Virus record (IMG/VR): IMGVR_UViG_3300027793_000086 | From: an uncultured virus (IMG/VR IMGVR_UViG_3300027793_000086) | Taxonomy: Duplodnaviria > Heunggongvirae > Uroviricota > Caudoviricetes | Length of the DNA stretch: 64,000 nucleotides | Reading direction: 5' to 3' (one strand) | Part shown: positions 32,921 through 43,200 of the stretch, piece after piece | Layout of the letters: every line of letters begins with the position of its first letter | Position numbering within the stretch: position 1 is the stretch's first letter | Translations under genes and position numbers: made by a program | Notes under the pieces: generated by a model | Seen by the model: the letters and a program-made list of their open reading frames with translations, nothing else | What the model was told of the DNA's origin: nothing | Databases searched by the model: none

Positions 32921-33850
32921 ATGTCTGAACTCACACTTTTCCAATCTGGCAGCGCTCTTCCTGCGCATCTTCGTCGCGGTGAACTCAGCGGCCTGACCAA
33001 GTCCCTGATGGGTGGCGGCAGCAGCAAGCGCATCAGCGTTGAAGGCAGTGTCTTCCGTATGCTGGTCGGTGGTAAAGAGGTTGCGGTCAACGAAGACCGT
33101 GCCATGCAGATGATCATCGTCCGTGCTGCTGAAGCAAACGCCCGCACCTACTACGGTGGACAGTACGAGAAGGGCGTCAAGGCCCGCCCCAAGTGCTGGT
33201 CCGACGACAGCGTCAAGCCGCACGACAAGGTGCAGAACCCGCAGCACAAGTCCTGCACGGGCTGCCCGCAAGACATCAAGGGCTCGGGCCAAGGTGACTC
33301 CAAGGCGTGCCGTTACAGCCGTCGTCTGGCAGTGCTGCTGTCATCTGATATCCACGGTGACATCTACGCCATGAACATCAACGCATCCAGCCTGTTCGCG
33401 CAGGGTGAGGGGCGCAAGATGGGCCTGCAACAGTACGCACGGTTCCTTGGTGGTCACGGTATCGAGGTCAACGCAGTGGTGACTGAGATGCGCTTCGACA
33501 CGAGCGGCCCGATGAAGCTGGTGTTCAGCGCTGTGCGTCCTCTGGAAGAGGATGAGTGGAAGCTGGTGCAGTCGCGCATGGACGAGCAGGCTGCGATCGA
33601 CGCAGTGACCATGACCATCGCTGACATCGACGGTGTGGAAGAGGCTGCCCCTGCGGAGTCTCCTGTGTTCATCCAGCCACGCGCTGCGGCTCCAGCCCCT
33701 GCCGCTGAGTTCAAGGTGGACAAGCCCAAGAAGACCAACCCGGCTAAGGTTGAGGAAGTCGAAGAGCCCGTGGTCCGGGAGGCGAAGGCACCGGCACCGC
33801 CGAATGTCAAGTCCATCCTGTCCGACTGGGGTGATGACGCGGACGACTGA
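32921..33850 (+). CDS. Putative ssDNA-binding/annealing protein
   Basis: RTYY, CWS.D, CxxC..GSG..KAC Zn motif; acidic C-terminal tail WGDDADD; biased codons. Confidence 0.65.
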   Translation: MSELTLFQSGSALPAHLRRGELSGLTKSLMGGGSSKRISVEGSVFRMLVGGKEVAVNEDRAMQMIIVRAAEANARTYYGGQYEKGVKARPKCWSDDSVKPHDKVQNPQHKSCTGCPQDIKGSGQGDSKACRYSRRLAVLLSSDIHGDIYAMNINASSLFAQGEGRKMGLQQYARFLGGHGIEVNAVVTEMRFDTSGPMKLVFSAVRPLEEDEWKLVQSRMDEQAAIDAVTMTIADIDGVEEAAPAESPVFIQPRAAAPAPAAEFKVDKPKKTNPAKVEEVEEPVVREAKAPAPPNVKSILSDWGDDADD

Positions 33851-33857
33851 GTAGGGA

Positions 33858-33880
33858 CGGGGGCTACGGCCCCCGCTTTG
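33858..33880 (+). terminator. Probable terminator hairpin
   Basis: CGGGGGC-TACG-GCCCCCG-CTTT. Confidence 0.55.
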
Positions 33881-33884
33881 CCAT

Positions 33885-34118
33885 ATGACCTACTCCGCCA
33901 AGATCATTCGGCTGAACGCGGATGCGGACCCGACGCTGCTGGGTGTCCAACTCGGACGCCTGTGCATCTACCGTCAGCACCCTGTCTCACAAGTCTGCCA
34001 AGACCTCGACGTTTCCAAGGCTGCCGTCTATCGGTGGTTCTCGGGTAAACACGAGGTCGGAAAGCACTTGCGCGACAAGGTGCTGGCGTACTATCGTCGC
34101 CTCCTCCCTCCGGCCTGA
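33885..34118 (+). CDS. HTH DNA-binding protein
   Basis: VSQVCQDLDVSKAAVYRWFSG (Cro/CI-like HTH). Confidence 0.75.
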   Translation: MTYSAKIIRLNADADPTLLGVQLGRLCIYRQHPVSQVCQDLDVSKAAVYRWFSGKHEVGKHLRDKVLAYYRRLLPPA

Positions 34119-34174
34119 TCAGCCGTCCCTTCACCGCACCACGGTCCTGCACCTGTGGTCACCCCCTCGTCACC

Positions 34175-36982
34175 ATGTCTCATCTTGGATTCTTAGAAGG
34201 CATTCTTCCAGAAGGAACACGGTACTCTCTCAGGCACATCAACAAAGCATCTAATTCAGCGTTCAATAAGTTCTACGACTCCGTCGCCAGCATGGCGGAG
34301 GCCGTGGCAAATCCGAAGGAAGGCTTTGACATTTACTACGTCACAGCAGGATTCGGAGCAGGACAGAGCGCAGTATCAGAGAACGCTGTAGCAAAGAGAG
34401 AACTGTACGTTGACATCGATTGTGGCCCGACGAAGTCATACGCCGACAAAACTGCGGGCATCGCTGCACTGAAAGATTTCTGTGTAGCCACAGAACTGCC
34501 AAGACCTACGATTGTGGATTCAGGCAATGGCCTGCATGCACATTGGATTTTCAAAGAAGCCGTGCCTGTGCACGAGTGGATCGGAGCAGCTAACGCGCTA
34601 AAAGCGCTGTGCAAAAACAAAGGGTTCGAAGTTGACAACGCATGTACCGCAGACATCGTGCGGGTGCTGCGCATACCGGGCACCGTTAATAGCAAGGGGG
34701 GCAACACAGTCGCTCTGTTAACCCCACTCAGGTACTACGATTTTGAGAAGCTGAAAGGCATCCTTGGCGGTGGCCCACCCGTCATGTCGTTTGAGAAAGC
34801 CAGGGAGCTTTCGAAGGGCGCATCGTCTAGCGTGACGAAGCATCTGGCAGCAAGTGATCCCAACAGGGTGAGCTTGTTTGAAACAATCTGGATGCGTTCT
34901 GTTGGAGGTACGGGCTGTGCTCAAATCAAAAATGCGATTGAGAATTCGGAGACACTTCCCGAGCCAACGTGGCGGGCAGTTCTATCTATCGCTTACCACT
35001 CAGAGGACAAAGACTGGGCAATACATAAGGTATCGGAAAATCATCCGAATTACTCTGCGCAAGAGACTGAACAAAAAGCTGCTGCGACAAAAGGTCCGTA
35101 CACTTGCGAGACGTTCCAAGGTCTAGATACAGGGCACCTGTGCAAGGACTGCCCGCAAGCTAGCAAGATCAAGTCCCCGATCCAGTTGGGTGTGCAGATC
35201 AAGACAGCACCGGAAGGCCCAGCTAAGGTTGAGATTGCTGGCAGGAAGTTTGAGATTCCTGCCTTCGTGTGGCCCTACAAGCGTGGTGCAAACGGTGGGG
35301 TGTACTTAGAAACCACCTCTGACAACGGCACCAAAGATGAATTGATCTACCCGTATGACCTGTATGTGTACCGACGCATGCGGGACTCAGAGATGGGTGA
35401 TGTGATCTGGATGCGGCACCATCTGCCAAACGATGGCGTGCGTGAGTTCATGGTCGCGCAGAGGGAAGTGGGCTCCATCGACAAGTTCCGGGACCGTCTC
35501 AACGAGCAGGGGGTCGCCGTATTCGGCCAAGCGCAACTGGTCAAGTTGCAGGGCTACGTAGCGAAGTCTATTCAGGATCTACAACATCGGGATAAGGCAG
35601 AAGAAATGTACGGCAGGTTCGGTTGGACGAAGAACAACACGTTCATCGTAGGTGATCGGGAGTACACCAAGAAGGGTGTGATCTATGCACCTGTGACTCG
35701 GAATCTGGAGAAGTACATACATTGGTTCTCTCCCAAGGGTTCCCTGGAAGAGTGGAAGCGCATCGCCGCTGCCTACGAAGACCCGAGGTTCGACCTGCAC
35801 GCATTCGGTGTGCTGGCAGGGTTTGGCAGTGTCCTGATGAATCTGTCGCCTGAGAACGGCGCGGTGGTCAACTACTACTCCAAGCGCAGCGGCACGGGCA
35901 AGACCACCATCCTGCGGGTGGTCAACTCGATCTTCGGAGACCCCAAGGCGCTGATGAAGGATGCGCAGGACACGCAGTTGACCAAGGTGCACCGCATGGG
36001 TGTGCTGAACGGCATCGCCATGTGCCTTGACGAGATGACCAACACCAGCCCGCAGGAGATGTCTGGGCTGCTCTACGGTAGCACGCAGGGGCGGGCACGG
36101 GACCGTATGGAGGCAGGGCGCAACATGGAGCGCATCAACGACCTGATCTGGAAGCTGATTACCATCTGGTCGAGCAACACCAACATCGAAGACCGGCTGA
36201 GCATGATCAAGGTGGACCCGCAGGGGGAGATGGCTCGCGTCATCGAGTTCTACCTACAGACACCCGTACCCTCTGATGTGCTGGGGGCGCAGAAGTTGTT
36301 CAACGGTTTGAGTGATCACTATGGTCACGCAGGTGATGTGTTCTTGAAGTATGTGGTGCCCCACCTCGACGCAGTGCAGGGCATCTGGGAAGAGACGCGA
36401 GATGTTATCTACACGATGGGTAACTGGACGCAGACTGAACGGTATCGTCTTAATGCTGTGATCTGCGCTATTGCAGCGGGGGTAGTCACAAACACGCTGG
36501 GGCTGACCAACTACAACGTCAAGCGGATCATGCGTACTGTGCTTGACCACATCAAGAACACGGTAGAGCAGGCCAAGCAGCAGTCCACCAAGGCTACGGA
36601 AACCTTTGCCTCGTTCATCAACAAGAACGTCGGTAACATGCTGAGCATCGACTCCAGGCAGCGGGCGAATGGCTTGCAGAACGAAGCCTATGTGAAGCCC
36701 AAGGGGTCACTCATGATCCGCTACGAGCCTGATACGAAGGACCTGTACGTCGTGCAGAAGGACTTCAACAGGTGGTGTGCGGAGATCTACATCAACACAC
36801 GGGAACTGCCCGACCTGTTCTTTGCAGAGACAGGGCATAGATTGGAAGTTATCAAGAAGCGTATGGGTGCTGGGTGGGACGCTGACTTTGGCGCAGTCAA
36901 TGTCTACTGCATAAAGAATGCAGGGGCTGTGCTAGGATTTGCAGACCATGAGATGGTTACCGACAAGACCACTGAAGATTAA
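34175..36982 (+). CDS. Primase-helicase (RepB/AEP-like primase + DUF927 + ATPase)
   Basis: VDID, SGNGLHAHW, RVLRIPGT; Walker A SGTGKT, Walker B CLDE. Confidence 0.85.
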   Translation: MSHLGFLEGILPEGTRYSLRHINKASNSAFNKFYDSVASMAEAVANPKEGFDIYYVTAGFGAGQSAVSENAVAKRELYVDIDCGPTKSYADKTAGIAALKDFCVATELPRPTIVDSGNGLHAHWIFKEAVPVHEWIGAANALKALCKNKGFEVDNACTADIVRVLRIPGTVNSKGGNTVALLTPLRYYDFEKLKGILGGGPPVMSFEKARELSKGASSSVTKHLAASDPNRVSLFETIWMRSVGGTGCAQIKNAIENSETLPEPTWRAVLSIAYHSEDKDWAIHKVSENHPNYSAQETEQKAAATKGPYTCETFQGLDTGHLCKDCPQASKIKSPIQLGVQIKTAPEGPAKVEIAGRKFEIPAFVWPYKRGANGGVYLETTSDNGTKDELIYPYDLYVYRRMRDSEMGDVIWMRHHLPNDGVREFMVAQREVGSIDKFRDRLNEQGVAVFGQAQLVKLQGYVAKSIQDLQHRDKAEEMYGRFGWTKNNTFIVGDREYTKKGVIYAPVTRNLEKYIHWFSPKGSLEEWKRIAAAYEDPRFDLHAFGVLAGFGSVLMNLSPENGAVVNYYSKRSGTGKTTILRVVNSIFGDPKALMKDAQDTQLTKVHRMGVLNGIAMCLDEMTNTSPQEMSGLLYGSTQGRARDRMEAGRNMERINDLIWKLITIWSSNTNIEDRLSMIKVDPQGEMARVIEFYLQTPVPSDVLGAQKLFNGLSDHYGHAGDVFLKYVVPHLDAVQGIWEETRDVIYTMGNWTQTERYRLNAVICAIAAGVVTNTLGLTNYNVKRIMRTVLDHIKNTVEQAKQQSTKATETFASFINKNVGNMLSIDSRQRANGLQNEAYVKPKGSLMIRYEPDTKDLYVVQKDFNRWCAEIYINTRELPDLFFAETGHRLEVIKKRMGAGWDADFGAVNVYCIKNAGAVLGFADHEMVTDKTTED

Positions 36983-37166
36983 AGGGGCGGAGTTCAACGT
37001 GCCCTTTGGGCTCAACGTGAATCAGAGCTTCTTCATCCCGTCTCTGAAGCACAAGGAGACCTTCCACAAGGTGGCAGATTACTACTCACCCCACCTGTAC
37101 AAACTGGTCTGGTCTGAGCGGATTGAGTCGGGGGTGCTTGGCATCCGCGTCTGGCGCGTTGCATAA
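36948..37166 (+). CDS. Small GIRVWR-family protein
   Basis: QSFFIP...GVLGIRVWR; similar to 22486-22728. Confidence 0.65.
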   Translation: MRWLPTRPLKIKGAEFNVPFGLNVNQSFFIPSLKHKETFHKVADYYSPHLYKLVWSERIESGVLGIRVWRVA

Positions 37167-37173
37167 TGCCCCT

Positions 37174-37243
37174 GCCGGTCAACCGGCGTCTCCCCTAGTG
37201 AGTGTTGCCCCCGGGTGTGGCGTAAGCCCCCGGGGGATTTTTT
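37174..37243 (+). ncRNA. Candidate small regulatory RNA ending in the convergent terminator
   Basis: Upstream TTGGCA-18 nt-CATAAT; 5' hairpin, unpaired CTCCCCTAGTGAG, terminator hairpin with T6. Confidence 0.4.
37208..37243 (+). terminator. Terminator between the convergent arms
   Basis: CCCCCGGG...CCCGGGGG-ATTTTTT. Confidence 0.75.
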
Positions 37244-37244
37244 C

Positions 37245-40200
37245 TCACCGACCCATCTGGATGTCCCGCGCCATCTTGCGCAGCATCTGCGCCTGCTGTG
37301 CCAGCTTGTTCTGCTCCACACGCAGTTCATCGATGCGCTTGCGCCGCTCCTCAGGGCTCAGGGAGGTGTCGCGGTCGATCATCATGGCGGCTTGGTTCAG
37401 GGCGCGGATGCCGCTCATGACCCCCTGCACCGGGCCACGGATCGAGTACAGGCCGATGTTGTCTTGGATGAACTGATCCACGTCCTCAGGCTTGCGCTCC
37501 ATCAGGCGGTTCACCGTGCCGTTGACCTGCTCCACGCGCTTCTCCAAGTCGTAGATGAAGTCAAGTTGGCGGGTGCCGATGGGGTCCTTGATGACCGCGC
37601 TCAGGCCCGTAAGTTGTGCACCTAGCTGCTGGTTCAGTGGCCGGTCGGTACGCCCGGGGTTGATCATCATGTCAGCCATCGACAGGCCCAGCCCTGCAGC
37701 CGTGCCGAAGATACCGCGCACAGCGTTCTCCAGCTTGATCGGAGAGACAGCGAAGGCTTCGATACCTGTGGCGTTGGCAGCGTCCTCCAAACTCTTGGCG
37801 AGGGCCTTCATCGCATCTGATGTGCCAGTACCGTACCGCTCAAACGGACGCAGTGCCTGCTGAGCCTGAGACTCCAGTGGTCTGCCAAGGAACCACGAGT
37901 AGTTCGTCATGTTCTCAACGAACGGGCGCAACACCTGCGGTGTGATGTTGGGCGATGAGAAAACATCGACCCCCCGCTTGGCTAAGTTACCCACCACGTC
38001 GAGTGCAGTCTGCTCCTCCTCGGTGCCATACATCTTGTAGTAGCGGACGATGCGCTCAGGGATGGCCTTGAAGAAGAACGCGAGTTCAGCAGGAATCGGG
38101 ATGGCAGGTACGAAGCCCAGTTCCTTCCCGTAGGGCAGTATCCAGTTGGTATCCCGCACGTGGTCAGGTAGCTGCTGGTACTCCTCATCATCCTGCATCA
38201 ACAGCGCATACAACAAGCCCATCGAGGTCATCACCCCCATGCGCTTGTAGAACATGGACCGTGCGGTGCCTGTGCTCTGCCCAACAACACCCCCAGCCGC
38301 TGCCGTTGCCAGCTTGTCCATGCCTCGCGCATAGGCATTGAAGAAGGGGATGACGCTGATCAGCAGATTCATTACCTGGGATGAACCACGGCGGCTGAAG
38401 TTGATGATCTCCCGTGCAGCAGACTCAGCCTGAGCCTTGTCACCGTTGGTCTCCTTCATCACCTGATCGTAGACAGCTTGACGCACTGCGAGGTCCGATG
38501 CCTTGGCACCGGCTTCCATCACGCGCATGATCTTGGAGCCAAGACCTTCTTCCTTCGCCCCAGCTTCCTCAAGGATGTTCTTGAGGTTGCCCTGCTGGCT
38601 GAAGTCGAACGTGCCGACGATACCGAGGGCCTCCAAGTTCTTGATGTCCTTGGGCTTCTTCTTGAAGATCTCGTTCACCCAGTTCTTGGGGAAGTTCAGC
38701 ATCACGCTCTTGACAAGCGCTGCGTTGTTCTTCACCCCTGCGTAGGTGTAGGCACGGACGATGTCGTCGAAGACCTGCTTGATCGCAAACGGTGGCATGG
38801 ATGTCACACCAGCACGCAGGATCTGAGAACCTTTCTGTAGTAGCTTGAACGAGTCTGGGATGACCGGGTCTTGGATACTGAACGCAATGAAGTGCGCTGG
38901 GTCCGGTACGTAGTACTCGACGGGCTTGCCGTTGTCGTAGACGGTGACCATGTCCCCCGGTGAGTCCTTGGCAGGCTTGGTCGGGCGCTTGAATGCTGCA
39001 CCCATCAGGGCCATATCCTTGAGTGCACTCAGGGCGGCGTGGTTCTTCATCGCCTCCTTTGTTGCCCAGTCAACCAGCCCGGAGAAGTTCTCGACCGGTG
39101 AAGTCGTTTTGCGCCCACTGCCTTCCAGCTTGCGGATGTTACGTAGGGCTGCGACACCACGGTTGGCACCCTTGGTGGACTGATACGCCTTCTCGTAGTC
39201 ACCGAGTCGGTTGAAGGGGATGTAGCCCGTGGCGTCCTTGTAGTCCTGGGCTCGATCCTTGGAGATGCGCCCTGTATCAACCAGCGTGTCCAGCAGGTTG
39301 AAGCGGATGGTGTCGAGGTCGGCGGAGATCTGCTTGATGAAGTCGTCTTTCTGGAAGGCTGCTTCCAGTTCATCGATCTTGGCGTCGGGCAGGAGTAGTT
39401 CGATCCGATCAGTCTTAGGCAGGGTCTTGTTGGTCTCACGCAGACCGTGCTCCCGGTGCCCGTAGAGAACCGTGTCGAGCTTGGTGCGGAAGGCTTCGTA
39501 GGTCTCACCCCGCTGTTTGGCAGCCTCAGCGATGCGGTTCAGCACGCCTGTGTAGCTGACGGGTCGGCCCTCGGCATCCTGCAGATCCTTGGCAACGATG
39601 AGCCCGCTGTCGAAGCCCAGCCCACCTTGTTCCTGCACAGCCTTGCTGACGCGCAATGAGTCGAGCGCCCGGGACAAGAGCACCATCGGGTTCAACCGCC
39701 CCTTGGCAGTACGGGTAGCGCCACCGTAGGCGTTGACGAAGAAGTCTTCCAGCGGGGCCAGCGAGTCGGTGAACTTCATCCGCAGCTTGAGTGCGGGGTT
39801 GCCCTTGAGGTCCTGCGCGATGCGTTGGGTCAGCGTCTGACGCTCTTTCTCACCGATGACATCTACATCCTTGACGGCTGCTTCGGTCTGCGGGGTGAGG
39901 CGCGGGCTGGCCTGCGGGGTGAGATTGTCTGCAGCCTGCTTCAATTCAGCGAGTTCAGCGGGGGTAAATCCAGCACCACTGTAGCTGCGAATGTCTACGT
40001 TAGTGACTATTACACCTTGCTTGGCAGCAACGTAGATTGTCTTGTTTGCAGTTGACGTACCTTCGTACAGGGCAACAGGGCCTTTGTTCCATACAGGCTT
40101 CAGGCCACGAGATTCTTTCAGCACCCAACTTGGGATACCAGTTGTGTTAGCTTGCTTACCGAAAGACAACCCCCGCCTATTTGCTTCAGCGATATACGGA

Positions 40201-43200
40201 ACCAGAGACTCGTCAAGAATCTCTTCAGACACAGCCATCAACCGTGCAAGCGCACTGGTTTCCTTACCCTTCAGCCCAAGCACCTGGGAGACGATGTTGA
40301 ACATCCGACTGAGGAACGTGCCCCCAGACGGGTCAGTAATCGACGCTAGCCAGTTTTGGGTTTCTCCGTTGGTAAGGCCGTATGCTAGGAGTTCCTTGGG
40401 GTTCTCCAAAGCGTTGAGGATCACGCCCTTTTCAGTAGCAGTGAGAGTTTTAGCTTTATACCTTTGGTTATAGATACTGACGAGTTCTTGCTGGAGAGCA
40501 CGGAGCTTGATCGCTGCTGTACTCTGCGGAGCATATGTGATTTGGGCTGACGTTACGGCGTGAATTAGCTCGTGTACCAACGTCTCTTGATTGATGGTGT
40601 TGCTTGGATTGCCTGTAAAGCCATTGAGTGTGACCTTGACAGCCATAGCGTCACCGAGCCCAGCAGGAGTCGTTGTTGCAACGCCAAGAGCACCTGTCAG
40701 AACCCTACCCTGCGGGGTAAGTTCGAAGTCGAACTGCACGCCGTTGTTCGCTAGTTCCTCAGCGCGGCGCTTGACTTTGACCAGAATCTGTCGATCGAGG
40801 TCATCTCGGGCGTTCCTGATCGCGTAGTCGATCGACTCGGTGAAAGACTTCCCACGCAGGGCGGCGTCCATCTGCTTGGAGTTTTCCAAGTCAACGGGGC
40901 CGGTGCGGGTCTGTTGGAAGTCAGTGTCTTCGTCGCTCAGTCGTCGTGTAGTGCTATCCCGCGCTGCCTCTGCTTCCGCTTCTGCCGCTGCCTCTGCTTG
41001 TGCTGCTTCCTCTTCGGTCAGCACTTGATCCGGTGCAACTTCCTCAGGGATGATTCCTTCTTCCTCTGTCTGCGCTTCTTCCTCTGCAACCAGCTTGCCA
41101 TAGGCACGGTTGATAGCTGCGTCAGTACCCACTCTGTCAGCTTTGCGGCGGGCTGCAACCTCTGCGTTCAACTGCTGCATCACAGCAGTGTTGTCCTTGG
41201 CGTCGTACCGAGAAGCGCGTGAGTAGATGTCAGCCAGTTGGCGGGTGTCGAGCTTGCTGAAGTCAAAAGAACCCGTCTTGGTCAGTGCGGGGCGGAAGAA
41301 AGCCTGCACCTTTGGTGTAGCCTGCTTAAGCGCTTTCTCAGCTTCTTTGTATTCCTTGAAGTTAGGAGCGTCTTTCTTAGGAGCTTTACCGTCAACTTGT
41401 AGGGCTTTTACACGAGCAACAAGCGCGTCGTATTCCGCATCTGTTTGAACAGGTTTTGCAGGGGCTTCATACAGAATCCCAGCCTTGGGGTTCTCCACCG
41501 AGATGCCGGATAGGCTTGCCTCAGAGACGTTCTTGGCAATACCGATAGCCCCAGTCTGCGCAGCCTGGAACCGGCTAATCACGTCAGCCGTGATGCCCAA
41601 GGTCTCAGCGATGCGGCGCACGTTGGCACCGGAGCTTTTTGCAAGTCCTACAGACTGTGCAGCTTCGTCGGCAGAGTAGGTAGTGGGCAGGTAGTCACCG
41701 TCCTCATCCACGCCAATGTAGGTCAGCACCGCCTTGAGCATCTTGGGGTCACGCCCCTTGAGCGCTTGCCGTACAGCCGGTATGTCGAGGATGGGCTTGC
41801 CGTCCCTCACTTCAAAGACGCCGGTTGCACCAGCCTTCTCCAGCTTCTGCTTGAGCGTGCCAGTTTCAGCAGGGCTGAGCGCATCCGACTGCGCTTGCCC
41901 CATCACTGTCGTGGGGGCTTCTTCAGCTTCACCCAGCAGTTCAGCACGGTAGTCGGCGGCCTGCTCTTCAGTGATCCGACCAGACTCAATCAGCGAAGTG
42001 AGTTCACGCTCAATCTGAGCGGGCGTGGGAGGCGTTACTGCAGGCGGCTCTGTTCCTTCTCTTCCAGCAGCCCCTGTAACATCCGCGACAGGAGAAACCA
42101 CTCCATCTGGTTCAGGTCCAACTCCTTCGGCGGTGCTGACGGCAGCGGGTCCGCCAGCCACTGGAACGCCTGCTCCACCTGCTTCTGGCTGAGGTTCTGC
42201 AACACTTGGGGTCTCCGGTTGTACTGGGGGTGGAGCAAACTTGGCCTTGAACTCCGTCAGCTTGGTACGGGACTCTTCAGTGCCGTTACCCCGCACAAGG
42301 TAGTTCTCGATGTCAGCAAGGACAGCGTCTCGTTGCGCAGGGTCCTCAAGATCTTTGCCCAACATGCGCCGATAGATCGGCTGCTTTTTACTGACGCCGA
42401 GGGCTTCAATGTCAGCGGGCTGCAAGCCAGTCGCAGGGGGTTCACCGGGCTTTCTAACCTTGGGCTCTTCGATAGCTGCTGCGGGCTGCTCTTCAGCCGC
42501 TGCCGTGACTTCTTCACGGGGGGTGATCTGTGCTGCTGCCGCTTCTTCGGCAGTCATGAACCCCTTGGCTGCTTCGCTAGTGGAGCGCTGCTCCTCAATG
42601 TACGCTACGTTGAGTGCCTTGCGTTTTTCAGCCGCTGCCTTCAACGCCTCATCACGCTCCTTGGATTTCGGAAGCGTCTTCAGTTGTTCGCTGTACAGAA
42701 CAAGTTCAGCGTAGGTGTCAGGCGGAGGTAGGATGCCCGCCGCAGGAGGTGCAGGGGGTTGTGCAGCAGCTTTAGCCGCAGCTTGTTCAGCAGCAAGGCG
42801 CTCGGCACGCTCGATGGGCTTTTCCCCGGGTAGGGTTCCCGGGGCAGGCTGCGCAGCACGTGCGCGACGACCCAAGGCCAAGTCCATCAAGCCCTGCACG
42901 ATGGCACCAGTTGCACCACCGTAGGCCGCTGCCTCACCCAGCCCCTCGATGAGTTCCTGCTCAGGCTTGTAGACGCCCTTGGCGATCAGGTTCTGGGCGA
43001 AGTTCGACGCTGCTTCCTGAGCAGCTTCCTCACCACCTGCAAGCGCAGCACGCTTGACCAACTGCACGCCCTGAGCCGTGGCAGCATCAGGGATACGAGA
43101 CAGGATGCGGAAGGGTGCGAAGACTTCCATCGCCCCGGGGATGATCCCGAGCGCCGTCGCGGTGCTGCGCTGCTCCGCAGTAGCACCTTCCTTCTCGGCA

